From NCBI GenBank assembly GCA_030390025.1, contig JASTWF010000347.1, forward strand, positions 124,001 through 188,000: a DNA stretch of 64,000 nucleotides, written 5' to 3'. The notes beneath the pieces are model-generated. The model did not search any database. It was given only the letters and a program-made list of their open reading frames with translations, and was not told the DNA's origin. The stretch's first letter is position 1. Every line of letters begins with the position of its first letter. Both the position numbers and the translations under genes were made by a program. Positions 47,800-59,576 of this stretch are shown in pieces. This DNA is from Squalus acanthias (taxonomy: Eukaryota).

Positions 47800-50082
47800 T
47801 GTGGGGTTGGTTTATATCAGACAGGAGGAGATTGGAGTCAGTGACTGTGGGGTTGGTTTATATCAGACAGGAGGAGATTGATGTCAGTGACTGTGGGGTT
47901 GGTTTATATCAGACAGGAGGAGATTGGTGTCAGTGACTGTGGGGTTGGTTTATATCAGACAGGAGGAGATTGATGTCAGTGACTGTGGGGATGGTTTATA
48001 TCAGACAGGAGGAGATTGGTGTCAGTGACTGTGGGGTTGGTTTACATAAGAACATAACATAAGAAATAGGAGCAGGAGTAGGCCAATCGGCCCCTCGAGC
48101 CTGCTCTGCCATTCAATGAGATCATGGCTGATCTGATCCTAACCTCAAATCTAAAGAACACAAGAAGTAGGAGCAGGACCCGGCCACTCAGCCCCTGGGC
48201 CCGCTACGCCACCCACAGGGCCTCGACCGATCCGAACTCAGCCTCATGTCCAATTTCCTGCCCGCTCACCGTAACCCCTAATTCCCTTTACCTCTCGGAA
48301 ACTATCTATTTCTGTTTTAAATTTATTTAATGATGTAGCTTCCACAGCTTCCTGGGGCAGCAAATTCCACAGACCTACTACCCTCTGAGTGAAGAAGTTT
48401 CTCCTCATCTCAGTTTTGAAAGAGCAGCCCCTTATTCTAAGATTATGCCCCCTAGTTCTAGTTTCACCCATCCTTGGGAACATCCTTACCGCATCCACCT
48501 GATCAAGCCCCTTCACAATCTTATATGTTTCAATAAGATCGCCTCTCATTCTTCTGAACTCCAATGAGTAGAGTCCGAATCTACTCAACCTCTCCTCATA
48601 TGTCCACCCCCTCATCCCCGGGATTAACCGAGTGAACCTTCTTTGTACTGCCTCGAGAGCAAGTATGTCTTTTCTTAAGTATGGACACCAAAACTGTATG
48701 CAGTATTCCAGGTGCGGTCTCACCAATACCTTATATAACTGCAGCAATACCTCCCTGTTTTTATAATCTATCCCCCTAGCAATAAAAGCCAACATTCCAT
48801 TGGCCTTCTTGATCACCTGCTGCACCTGCATACTAACTTTTTGATTTTCTTGCACTAGGACCCCCAGATCCCTTTGTACTGCAGTACTTTCCAGTTTCTC
48901 GCCATTAAGATAATAACTTGCTCTCTGATTTTTCCTGCCAAAGTGCATAACCTCACATTTTCCAATATTGTATTGCATCTGCCAAATCTCCGCCCACTCA
49001 CCCAGCCTGTCTATATCCCCTTGTAGGTTTTTTATGTCCTCCTCACTTTCTACTTTCCCTCCCATCTTTGTATCATCTGCAAACTTTGATATGTTACACT
49101 CGGTCCCCTCCTCCAAATCGTTAATATAGATTGTAAAGAGTTGGGGACCCAGCACCGACCCCTGCGGAACACCACTGGCTACTGGTTGCCAGTCCGAGAA
49201 TGAACCATTTGTCCCAACTTTCTGCTTCCTGTTAGATAACCAATCCTCCACCCATGCCAGAATATTACCCCCAATCCAGTGATTTTTTATCTTGAGCAAT
49301 AATCTTTTATGTGGCACCTTGTCGAATGCCTTCTGGAAGTCTAAATACACTACGTCCACTGGTTCCCCTTTATCCACCCTGTACGTTATGTCCTCAAAGA
49401 ACTCAAGCAAATTTGTCAGACATGACTTCCCCTTCATAAAGCCATGCTGACTTTGTCCTATTAAATTATGTTTATCTAAATGTTCCGTTACTGTCTCCTT
49501 AATAATAGACTCCAAAATTTTACCCACCACAGATGTTAGGCTAACTGGTCTATAATTTCCAGCCTTCTGCCTACTACCCTTTTTAAATAAGGGTGTTACA
49601 TTAGCAGTTTTCCAATCTGCCGGGACCTTTGCTGAGTGCAGGGAATTTTGGAAAATTATTACCAAAGCATCCACAAACCCTACTGCCACTTTCCTCAAGT
49701 TTATATCAGACAGGAGGAGATTGGCGTCAGTAACTGTGGGGTTGGTTTATATCAGACAGGAGGAGATTGGTGTCAGTGACTGTGGGGCTGGTTTATATCA
49801 GACAGGAGGAGATTGGTGTCAGTGACTGTGGGTTGGTTTATATCAGACAGGAGGAGATTGGTGTCAGTGACTGTGGGGTTGGTTTATATCAGACAGGAGG
49901 AGATTGGTGTCAGTGACTGTGGGGTTGGTTTATATCAGACAGGAGGAGATTGGTGTCAGTGACTGTGGGGTTGGTTTATATCAGACAGGAGGAGATTGGT
50001 GTCAGTGACTGTGGGGTTGGTTTATATCAGACAGGAGGAGATTGGTGTCAGTGACTGTGGGGTTGGTTTATATCAGACAGGA
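47800..50082. repeat. 46-bp minisatellite split by a CR1 insertion (47800-48044 and 49700-50082)
   Basis: Unit GACTGTGGGGTTGGTTTATATCAGACAGGAGGAGATTGGTGTCAGT. Confidence 0.93.
48045..49699 (-). mobile_element. Young 5'-truncated CR1 with an uninterrupted 484-aa RT ORF
   Basis: ORF 48244..49698; same subfamily as 10324-12541; TTTA duplicated at the flanks. Confidence 0.95.
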
Positions 50083-50463
50083 TATACTAGTCAGAGTTGG
50101 AGATATATATTATATAATGTGTCAAGAAGTTGATTAACAGAGTGGGGCATCATCTCCCTTTGATTTCTATTTCTGACACCAGGCAACAGAAAAAGGTCAT
50201 TACAACACGACATAAACAGACTCTTCAGGTGTGAGACATCAGACTTCAGAACAACACGTCTGCCAGCTCTGGCCACAAACCTCAGTACAGTCAACCTTTC
50301 AGCAGCTGCAGCCCTGATTAAATAACTAGTAGTTTAACATGTCTAGTAGAGCTTTTGTATTTATATTCAAAATAGAAAAAAACTGCTCATTGCTGCTCAT
50401 CAATATCCAAACAATGGAAATGGACACATTTAAAGTCAAGATATTTCACTGTTTTTGAGGGTA

Positions 50464-51690
50464 GGTTCCCCTCCAAGGAGGACACACGCCCTCTTTGCCT
50501 GGTTCCCCTCCAAGGAGGACACTCGCCCTCTTTACCTGGTTCCCCTCCAAGGAGGACACACACCCTCTTTACCTGGTTCCCCTCCAAGGAGGACACTCGC
50601 CCTCTTTACCTGGTTCCCCTCCAAGGAGGACACTCGCCCTCTTTACCTGGTTCCCCTCCAAGGAGGACACACACCCTCTTTACCTGGTTCCCCTCCAAGG
50701 AGGACACACACCCTCTTTACCTGGTTCCCCTCCAAGGAGGACACTCGCCCTCTTTACCTGGTTCCCCAAGGAGGACACTCGCCCTCTTTACCTGGTTCCC
50801 CTCCAAGGAGGACACTCGCCCTCTTTGCCTGGTTCCCCAAGGAGGACACTCGCCCTCTTTGCCTGGTTCCCCTCCAAGGAGGACACTCGCCCTCTTTGCC
50901 TGGTTCCCCTCCAAGGAGGACACTCGCCCTCTTTGCCTGGTTCCCCCAAGGAGGACACTCGCCCTCTTTGCCTGGTTCCCCTCCAAGGAGGACACTCGCC
51001 CTCTTTGCCTGGTTCCCCTCCAAGGAGGACACACACCCTCTTTACCTGGTTCCCCTCCAAGGAGGACACTCGCCCTCTTTACCTGGTTCCCCTCCAAGGA
51101 GGACACTCGCCCTCTTTACCTGGTTCCCCAAGGAGGACACTCGCCCTCTTTACCTGGTTCCCCTCCAAGGAGGACACTCGCCCTCTTTGCCTGGTTCCCC
51201 AAGGAGGACACTCGCCCTCTTTGCCTGGTTCCCCTCCAAGGAGGACACTCGCCCTCTTTGCCTGGTTCCCCTCCAAGGAGGACACTCGCCCTCTTTGCCT
51301 GGTTCCCCCAAGGAGGACACTCGCCCTCTTTGCCTGGTTCCCCTCCAAGGAGGACACTCGCCCTCTTTGCCTGGTTCCCCTCCAAGGAGGACACACACCC
51401 TCTTTACCTGGTTCCCCTCCAAGGAGGACACACACCCTCTTTACCTGGTTCCCCTCCAAGGAGGACACTCGCCCTCTTTACCTGGATCCCCTCCAAGGAG
51501 GACACACACCCTCTTTACCTGGTTCCCCTCCAAGGAGGACACACACCCTCTTTACCTGGTTCCCCTCCAAGGAGGACACACGCCCTCTTTACCTGGTTCC
51601 CCAAGGAGGACATACGCCCTCTTTACCTGGTTCCCCTCCAAGGAGGACACACGTCCTCTTTGCCTGGTTCCCCTCCAAGGAGGACACACT
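50464..51690. repeat. 37-bp minisatellite (34/35-bp variants), about 34 copies, with higher-order structure
   Basis: Unit GGTTCCCCTCCAAGGAGGACACTCGCCCTCTTTACCT. Confidence 0.97.
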
Positions 51691-51989
51691 CCTCAGTCCG
51701 TCTCCACCACTCGCACTGCACATGCTCAGAGCACAGTCCAGTGATGAGCCGGCGCACTAGGATCGGGTTGTCATTGATAGGGGCCCATTCTGCCGTGTCG
51801 CGAATTCCGGGTAAAGAATTGAAACCCTGAATTGGTGAAGAGAAAATTCATTTTTTTGTCGTCCGATTGAGATTGGGCCATTTTTCACTACCTGTAGGGG
51901 TGACACTAAGTTGCCCCAGTGACACCAGACGGGAGCAAAAACCATTAAGGCAAGTGCCCCAGTGCCCCACAGATATTAAACACACAATA

Positions 51990-52622
51990 ACGGGTTACTT
52001 GGGTTTATAAACAGAGGAATAGAATATAAAAGCAAAGAGATGATGCTGGAACTTCATCAATCACAGGTTAGGCCTCAGCTGGAGTGTTGTGGACAATTCT
52101 GGGCCCCACACTTGAGGAAAGGTGTAAAGGCCTTAGAAAGGGCCCAGAGGAGGTTTACCAGGATGTTACCAGGGATGAGGGACTTCAGTTATGAGGAGAG
52201 GTTGGGAAAGTTAGGACTGTCCTCCTTGGAACAGAGAAGGTTCAGAGGTGACTTAATAGAGGTTTTCAAGGTGATGAGAGATTTTGATAGAATAAATAGG
52301 GAAAGAAACATTCCCTCTGGTGAGTGGGTCAATAACTAGAGGTCAAAGATTCAAAAATATTGTCAAAAGATCTGGAGGAGAGATGAGGAGAAATGTTTCC
52401 ACTCAGAGAGTTGTGGGGATCTGGAACGCTCGACCTGAAAAGATGGTGGAAGCTGATTCCGTTAATAATTGTAAAGCAGAGTTGGACGGGAACTTGAGCA
52501 ACTGACAGGGTTACGGACAGAAAGTGAGGATGTGGGACTAAACACGACGACTCTTTCAAAGAGCCGGCACAGGCACGACGGGCCGAATGGCCTCCTTCTG
52601 TGCTGTAAGTTTCTATGAATCT
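51990..52622 (+). mobile_element. Degenerate CR1 3' fragment
   Basis: ORFs 52040..52339 and 52320..52505. Confidence 0.85.
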
Positions 52623-52709
52623 ATTTGATGAATAATAACTGTGTACAATACAGCGACACTCACAAATAATAATTCAATCATAATGTGATTGTGTGGATTG
52701 ATTATCGCC

Positions 52710-53235
52710 TCTTTAACCTGAGGTGCCCACCGGTCGGGGAAGGTATCAAGTGAACCAGTGGACACCGCCTGCTCCCTCTCCAGGGCCACCCGGGCACGGA
52801 CAAGACCACGGGAGAGAGGCAAGCAGCCAGAGTGACCCCCCATGGGCCCCGCCCATCCTGGACCTACAAATTGCTGTTTTCGCCAGGCCCAAGAGCAGGT
52901 CCAGGAGAAGATCCTCCGACTTACCCACCCCCCTCCGCACCGGGCGACCAAAGATTAGGAGCGTGGGGCTAAAGTGTAACCAAGAGTTGAGGAGCAGCCC
53001 CTTCAGGTAACTATACAGGGGCTGTAACCTCTCACACTGAATATATACACGGCCCGTGGACTCCTCTAGGCTTCAAAAAACACATCAGGCCTTGGAGTCC
53101 GAAAAGGAGCTTAAAAACTGTTCACACGACAGCTCCCTGCAACAGTCTCCACCCTAGATCCCCAATGGTGCAGGGAAGGACCCCCGCGTAGAGAGCCCTC
53201 CATTGGGGAACCTCGCCTCCGCCAGACGGCAAGAT
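52710..53235 (-). mobile_element. L1/Tx1-like ORF2 fragment (duplicate of 15190-15725)
   Basis: EDLLLDLLLGLAKTAICRSR. Confidence 0.7.
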
Positions 53236-53752
53236 GACCCGCCAGTCTGATTGAGATTGGGCAATAAACAAAATGAATCAATAAATGATACAGAAACCCG
53301 AGTCCTCAGCCCTGGTGTGAAGTACGCTGGCTGCCAATTTTCCATAATTAACTCGCACCTCAGGCCCCGCCCAGTCTGGTTTAATTACTATGGGGGAAAA
53401 ATTAGGTCGCGCCCCGTTTGGGGCGCAAATATCGTCTGGACGCAAAAATTAGCGCCTGGCGCTAATTATCGCCACTGACTGGAAACTTCACTTTTACCGC
53501 CCCGGGAGGTGAGTGGAGCGCTAAATCAGGCGCTGCACACCTGTCTTAAGGCGCAAAGGCTGAGCAGTGAGGTGCTAACTCAGCGCGCGAGCGCAGCGCA
53601 GGTGCTGCCAGTTAGCGAGGGAACACAGACACACTGGCGCCGGCCAGTTCTTAAAGGGGGGGGGGGGCCAACTTGCTCCCCAGCCACACCCTGCTCATTG
53701 CAGCCTTGAATCTCGGCCTGGAGAGACCTGTGAATCCATTTTGCTGCCAAGG

Positions 53753-55572
53753 ATGGAGAGGGTGAGAGAACGAGCTCAGCGCTTCACCGAGCGGGCCTTG
53801 GATGCTCTGGTTGGCGCGGTGGAGCGCAGAAGATCTATACTCTTCCCTGAGAGTGGCAGGAGGCCTTTGCCACGCGAGTACAGAAGAGTGTGGAGGGAGG
53901 TGGCTCAGAGCGTCTCCTCCAGGAGCATGGTGCCCAGGACCCATGTTCAATGCCGCAAAAAGTTCAACGACCTCACTCGGGTCGTCAGGGTGAGTGGCTT
54001 TTTCTCAATACCTCTCCATCCCTCCATCTCAACCTCACTCTATGGCCAGAGGGTCTTAAAACCCCAATGCACAACACTCATCCAACACCTATGGCCCTTT
54101 CATGAAACACACACACACATTCCACACTTTGCATACAGTAAGGGCTATTCACCTATGGGAGGCACATCAGGCAAGACCATGGCTGCATACATTAAGGGCT
54201 ATTCAGCTATGGGAGGCACATCAGGCAAGACCATGGCTGTATATTTACTCAGATGCTGTCCTTTTTCTTGCAGGCCAAGCTGGCGCATAATAGGAGACAG
54301 CAGCAACGGACAGGTGGAGGGCGGCCTCAGCTGTAACCCCTCAGCGATCTTGAGGAGCGCGTCCACAGGATTGTGGCAAGCCGGGTGATCGGTCCCGTCG
54401 CCACTGGAGATGCCGACCCCGTTCTGGACAGCAATGGTAAGGTCATCACCTTTTTGTCCTCTGTCCTTCCACTTGTCCCTCACAACACCAGCCTTTGACA
54501 CTTTCAATCCAACTTGCTAACTCGCTGCACTTATTCCTCCCTTACTGCCACCCTGTCCTCACGCTAAAGCCACACTTGTACCTCCCTGCTTTCAGATGGT
54601 GATTCACCAGCTGAGGAGACGGGCCCTGAAGCTGCCAGTGGGAGTAAAGCTGCAGCCGAGGAGGAACAGGGAGCCGGAGCATCAGTGCCACCCTCTCCCG
54701 AGGAAGCCCATGCCGACACTGGGAACACGCCATCCCTGGAGGGGAGCAGGGGGGAAGGGTCTGATGAGGGTGAAGCTCCAGGACCCAGCGGGCTGCAGCA
54801 ACGCCATGGGGGTAGGGAAGAACGGGGGCCTTCTCCCCAGAGGGAGAGTATGCCAGCGACTCCTACTGCAATGGACGCAGAGGAGGAGCGGCTGATCGCA
54901 GAAATGAACACCCAGGCGGTGGGCATGCACACTGAGCTCATGGGTGCAGTGGGAAGGGTGCCCGAATGCATTGAGTCACTGGCAAGGAGTGTGGAGCACT
55001 TCGCTGTAGCACAGGCGGATGCCACACTAAAGCTTAGTGCTGCAATTCAGTCACTGACTGCCGTGATCCCATCTCTGACTGCTCTCATGCAGACTCAGAT
55101 TGAGGCCACGCGAGCACTGACTGCTGCCATCCTCGATGGTTCGTTCACATTTCCCCGGGGCTCTCACCGCGCCGCAGCAGGCCAGCAATCTGTGCTCCAG
55201 CAGATTGCTCCGGATGCTGAAGTGCTGCCCCGTGGGAGTGCCAGTGTGTCGGTCGAGCAGGGAGTTGCTGTCCTCTCTCACGATGACAGCATTCCTGCTG
55301 CCAACACTGTCACTTCTCCACTGCACTTGCCACCGCCTGTAGGACAGACTGCTGCCGCCCATGCAGAGTTGGTGCAGTCTGCAGCCGGGCCCTCCAGGCC
55401 CAGAACTGGTCGAGGCCGTCCTTCAGGGGCATCTGCAGTGTCAGGGTCTGACAATCAGCAGCCTTCCACCAGCCTTGCTGCAGCCACTGAGGTCCCATTA
55501 CGGAGGAGCAGTAGGGTTAGAAGGGGGGAAGTGCGCAAGGGAAGGAGATCACCCTCGAAGGGCAAAAAGTAG
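53753..55572 (+). pseudogene. Harbinger Myb/SANT-like DNA-binding gene; exons 53753-53989, 54274-54436, 54596-55572; one internal TAA
   Basis: RAQRFTERALDALV..W..V..RTHVQCRKKFNDL; GT-AG introns with compatible phases; exon 2 RTGGGRPQL*PLSDLEE has TAA at 54334. Confidence 0.85.
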
Positions 55573-55884
55573 GAGGTGTGACAAAATGCTGGTCATTTTT
55601 TTATTAAAGGCCGAGGTTCGTGGTCCAACTTTTGTTTAGTGTTTTGGACATTATCTCCAGGTTGTGAGAACCAGTTATGTTAATGACTGTTTTTTTGTGT
55701 TTATTTCTATGAGTTTGTCATGAGGAAATGACACACACAGAGTTTGTAAAATAAATAAGTTTTTGTATTCAAAATATACATGTTTGGTGTTTGGAATCAT
55801 TGGTGCCTTGGCCGGCTTAGGGGTTGTGTGCTGGGTTCATTGATGTTGTTAGCAATGGCAGAAGCCATTTCCACAGCAGGGGCC

Positions 55885-56967
55885 CTAGAAGCGGCTTGCT
55901 ATCAGCCGTTGACGGACGGCCCTTGCAGTTTCACCATTGTGGGCCGCCCTCCCGCCTTGGTGCTGCTGATGATCATCCTCCTCGTCCTCTTCCTCCTCTT
56001 CCTCCTCCTCCTCTGGTGGTGCTCCAAGGCCTGGTGGCATTGGCTGGGTCCTGACGATTGCCATGTTATGCAACATGCAGCACACAACTACGAAGTTGGA
56101 TACTCGCTCAGGCGAGTACTGCAGGGCTCCTCCAGAATGGTCGAGACAGCGGAACCGTTGCTTCAGCACGCCGATTGTGCGCTCAATGATGTTCCTGGTA
56201 GCTTGATGGCTCTCATTGTACCGCAGCTCAGCAGGGGTGTTGGGCGTACGGAGCGGTGTCATCAGCCAGGTGCTCAATGGATACCCCTTGTCCCCGAGAA
56301 GCCAACCAACTGGCTGATGCGGTGCCTCGAAAAGTTCTGCCACAGTAGTCTGGCGCAGGATGAAAGCATCGTGGCAGCTGCCAGGATAGTGGGCATTGAC
56401 AGCGAGTATCAGCTGTCTGTGGTCACAGACCAACTGAACATTCAAGGAATGGAACCCCTTTCTGTTCCGGAAATCCTCGGCATTCTCATGTGGAGCACGC
56501 AAAGCCACATGCGTGCAGTCAATGGCGCCCTGCACCATGGGGAAGCCCGCTATCCTTGCAAAGCCCAGAGCGCGGTCACGCTGCTTGTCTAGGGTCATGG
56601 GGAAAGAGATGAACTCTCGTCTCCTTTTAAAGAGGGCATTTGTGACCTGCCGGATGCAGCAATGCACCGCGAACTGGGAGATATTGGCGAGGTCCCCAGC
56701 AGCAGCTTGAAATGAGCCAGTAGCATAGAAGTTGAGAGCCACTGTGACCTTCACTGCCACCGACAGAGACGTCCTGGACCTCAGTTGAGGCTGCAGATCT
56801 GGCTGCAGCAGGTGGCAGAGCTCAGTGACCACCTCCTTGCTGAATCGCAGCCTTCGTAAACACAGCTCCTCAGACATATGAATGTAGGAGAGCTGTTCAC
56901 GATATACCCTGGGAAGGTAAGCTCTCCTGTACATACGCCTGTTGGCCCTCCTCCGTCTGGCCATCAT
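55885..56967 (-). CDS. Harbinger (HARBI1-like, DDE_Tnp_4) transposase, 360 aa from the first ATG
   Basis: GAIDCTH, NRKGFHSLNVQ, PGSCHD, LLGDKGY, IERTIGVLKQRFRCL, CCMLHN; frame open from 57078. Confidence 0.93.
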   Translation of the reverse strand: MMARRRRANRRMYRRAYLPRVYREQLSYIHMSEELCLRRLRFSKEVVTELCHLLQPDLQPQLRSRTSLSVAVKVTVALNFYATGSFQAAAGDLANISQFAVHCCIRQVTNALFKRRREFISFPMTLDKQRDRALGFARIAGFPMVQGAIDCTHVALRAPHENAEDFRNRKGFHSLNVQLVCDHRQLILAVNAHYPGSCHDAFILRQTTVAELFEAPHQPVGWLLGDKGYPLSTWLMTPLRTPNTPAELRYNESHQATRNIIERTIGVLKQRFRCLDHSGGALQYSPERVSNFVVVCCMLHNMAIVRTQPMPPGLGAPPEEEEEEEEEDEEDDHQQHQGGRAAHNGETARAVRQRLIASRF

Positions 56968-58009
56968 TGCCACTCTCTCTCTGCGTCTCTGTGTCCTCCG
57001 ATTCAGCTGGAGCAGGACGACGCCCCCATTCAGTGCAGCCCCCAGTCTCTTTGCAAGCAAAGTTATGAAGGACAGCAACCAAAGTACCAGCGAAGTTAGG
57101 ATCAGTAGGCAAAACTACCTCACAAAGCGTTGACTCAATGCAGAAGTCTCTCTTTCTCTCTCCGAATCTCTCTCTCTCTCTCAGAACGAGTGGTGCAAAA
57201 ATGTCAACCACAGAAAAAGACAGGAAGAGGCCCCTTTTAAATAGCGCCCCCCCCAGCCCCACAGCGATTGATAGCGTTCCAGTCTTCCGGTCGTTGGATG
57301 CGCCAGGCGGTAAGGCAGGGGACGCCACTCAATTTCCGCTCCGGGGCGCCACAAGGGCGTTGCACCATGGAATGACGTCACAATCTGCGCGCGCAGGTGG
57401 TCGCAGCTGTAAAGTTTAGCGCCGCCGCACAATGTCTAGTTAAGTTCCCGAGCGGCGCAAACATCGCTGCGCCCGGGCGCTAGCGGCTTTGCGCCCCATT
57501 AGCGCCCTCTTAAGGCGCTAACGGGAGGCGCAACCAACTGAATTTTTCCCCCTAAATGTTTTCTAACTCGAGTTCAGGCCTGTCATTCTGAGGGAAACTT
57601 ACGAGGCCTCAATTTTTTTGTGTGACCTGCCTGAGAGGATTTAATAAACTGGCAATAAGATTTTATGTTAAAGGTGGAAGGTAGTGAAAAACGCCACTAG
57701 CGATGCCTCAAAACTCACGGACAGAGAAATCCACTTCATCAGCGCCCCTGCCACAGGACTCAATATCCACCCCCTCCACCACTGGTGCACTGTGTCTGCA
57801 GTATGTACGGTCTACAAGATGACCACGGTCAGGCCGTGTGGAGTCAAGGGCCAGGCAGCAGAATGGATGGAAAGATCACAACAAACTTCCCTTAACTCCA
57901 ACCCTCTGATTTCTGTTTTGTAGCCAGCTTTCCATCCATTCTGCTGCGTGGCCCTTCACTCCACACGGCCTGACCTGGGTCATCTTCTAGACCGTACAAA
58001 CTGTTTATG

Positions 58010-59105
58010 GATAGCAAGCTGGTTACAGAACAGGAAACAGAGAGTAGGGGTTGGGAGTAGCTACTCAGACTGACAAAAGGTGGGAAGTGGTGTTCCACAG
58101 GGATTGGTGCTGGGATCACTGTTGTTCACCATTTACAGAAACGATTTGGACTCGGGAATTGAAAGTACAATCTCAAAGTTTGTCGATGACACCAAATTAG
58201 GAGGTAGAGTTAATACTGAGGAAGACAAAATGCAAGAAGACATTAATAAATTTCAGAATGGGCGTGTAATTGGCAAATGAATTTCACTGTAGATCAGTGT
58301 GAGGTGGTGTGTTTTGGTGGGAAGAATAAGGAGGCCACTCACTACTTGGACAACAAGGGGGAGAAATTGGGTTGCTTTGTGCCTCCTGCGATATTCAGCG
58401 GGAGGTTAGCGGCGGTGGTAGCCGGTAGCGCCCCGCGGCACTGCACCGCCGGCAATGACGTCATCGCCATGCGCAGCACCCCGGCTGCAACCTTGGGTTG
58501 TGACCCCTGACCTATCGCCGGACGATATGTCCGACAGGGTCAAGGGTCGTTCCTGCAGCCGCGGCGACGCCACTTAAAGGGCAGGTGTCGGGCGGCAACT
58601 TTTTATTTTGGCCGAAAGCCAGCACCTGCCCCCTTCCCCTTTCTTCTTCGGGGTGTCGGCCGCGATCGCTCAGCCCGGCGCTCCTCTTGATCCGACACCC
58701 CGCTCCCCGGTGGTCCAGCAGGGCCCCGGTGTGAGCAGTGCTAGGCCCCTCCCCTTTAATCAGGGAGGGAGGTCTGCTATGACACGGTGCTATGTGCCGA
58801 CGGGCGTGGCGCTGTTGCACGAAGTGCCGCGAAATTCACTGGTAGCGCCTCAAGAGGGAGGGGAGCGCTTCCAGTAGCACTCCGCCTCCTGCTTGGGGCG
58901 CTACCACTGAATTTAATGCGCAGGGGTGCTAACTTTTTCGGGGCTCTAAAATTAGCCCCGGCGACGTTAGCGACCCAAAGGGGGCGCCACCGAATTATTC
59001 CCCCTAAGAGTCTAAATGAGCTGGAGGAGCAGAGGGATCCAGGGATACAGATACACAAATCACTAAAAGTAGCGACACAGGTTAATAAGGCCATTAAAAA
59101 AAAGC
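58010..59105 (+). mobile_element. CR1 fragment interrupted by a MITE (duplicate of 16345-17425)
   Basis: ORF 58080..58280. Confidence 0.8.
58357..59004. mobile_element. Harbinger-type MITE (duplicate of 16695-17325)
   Basis: CAA-GGGGGAGAAATT..AATTATTCCCCC-TAA. Confidence 0.8.
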
Positions 59106-59576
59106 ACTGGGGTACATTCCTAAAGGAGCCTTCTGTTCCGTGCCCAGGAGCTCTGAACCATGGCAGAGAGCGGCTGGGACACGTTTCTCACAGGCCTCGA
59201 GATTAACCCGCACGGGGCCTTTGCTGTCAGTGAAGAGAGACGAGAAAGACCAAAGTGCTGTTTGCCCCTCTCAGTGTGGCCCTGAAGGACTGTGTCCAGG
59301 CTGAAGTTCTGTTCCCGCCGTACGATCTTCCCCCAGATTGTCCTTTCTGAGCTCCAGCCAGGTGATGCTAAACACTCAGGTGGGAAAGACGAAAATCTAC
59401 AACAATGTGTTTAAAACAAAGCTGATTTATTTGACATCTATCCAGAATATTAAACTCCAACCCAGTTACAGGAGTTATTAACATCAGCAGAAACAAACCC
59501 CAACTGTCAGAATGAACATGGTTCAGTCCTGGATGTGATTAACAGCAGCAATAACAGCAGAATCCAACCCCTGCAG

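Larger units (their letters stand above)
53392..57552. mobile_element. Full-length PIF/Harbinger DNA transposon (4161 bp)
   Basis: 12-bp TIR GGGGGAAAAATT/AATTTTTCCCCC; flanks TAT/TAA; empty site TTAATTAC-TAA-ATGTTT near 15884; two convergent genes. Confidence 0.95.

Noticed and set aside
34165..51830. Long repetitive ORFs over minisatellites (34.2, 39.9-41.5, 45.9 and 50.5-51.8 kb)
   Set aside because: They are open in several frames and on both strands only because the units lack stops; no coding signal.
55780..56592. 270-aa plus-strand ORF with a hydrophobic stretch
   Set aside because: Antisense shadow of the transposase; the Leu run mirrors its poly-Glu codons.
55885..57078. Domesticated host gene HARBI1
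   Set aside because: It lies inside TIRs with a target-site duplication and an empty paralogous site, so it is a transposon copy.
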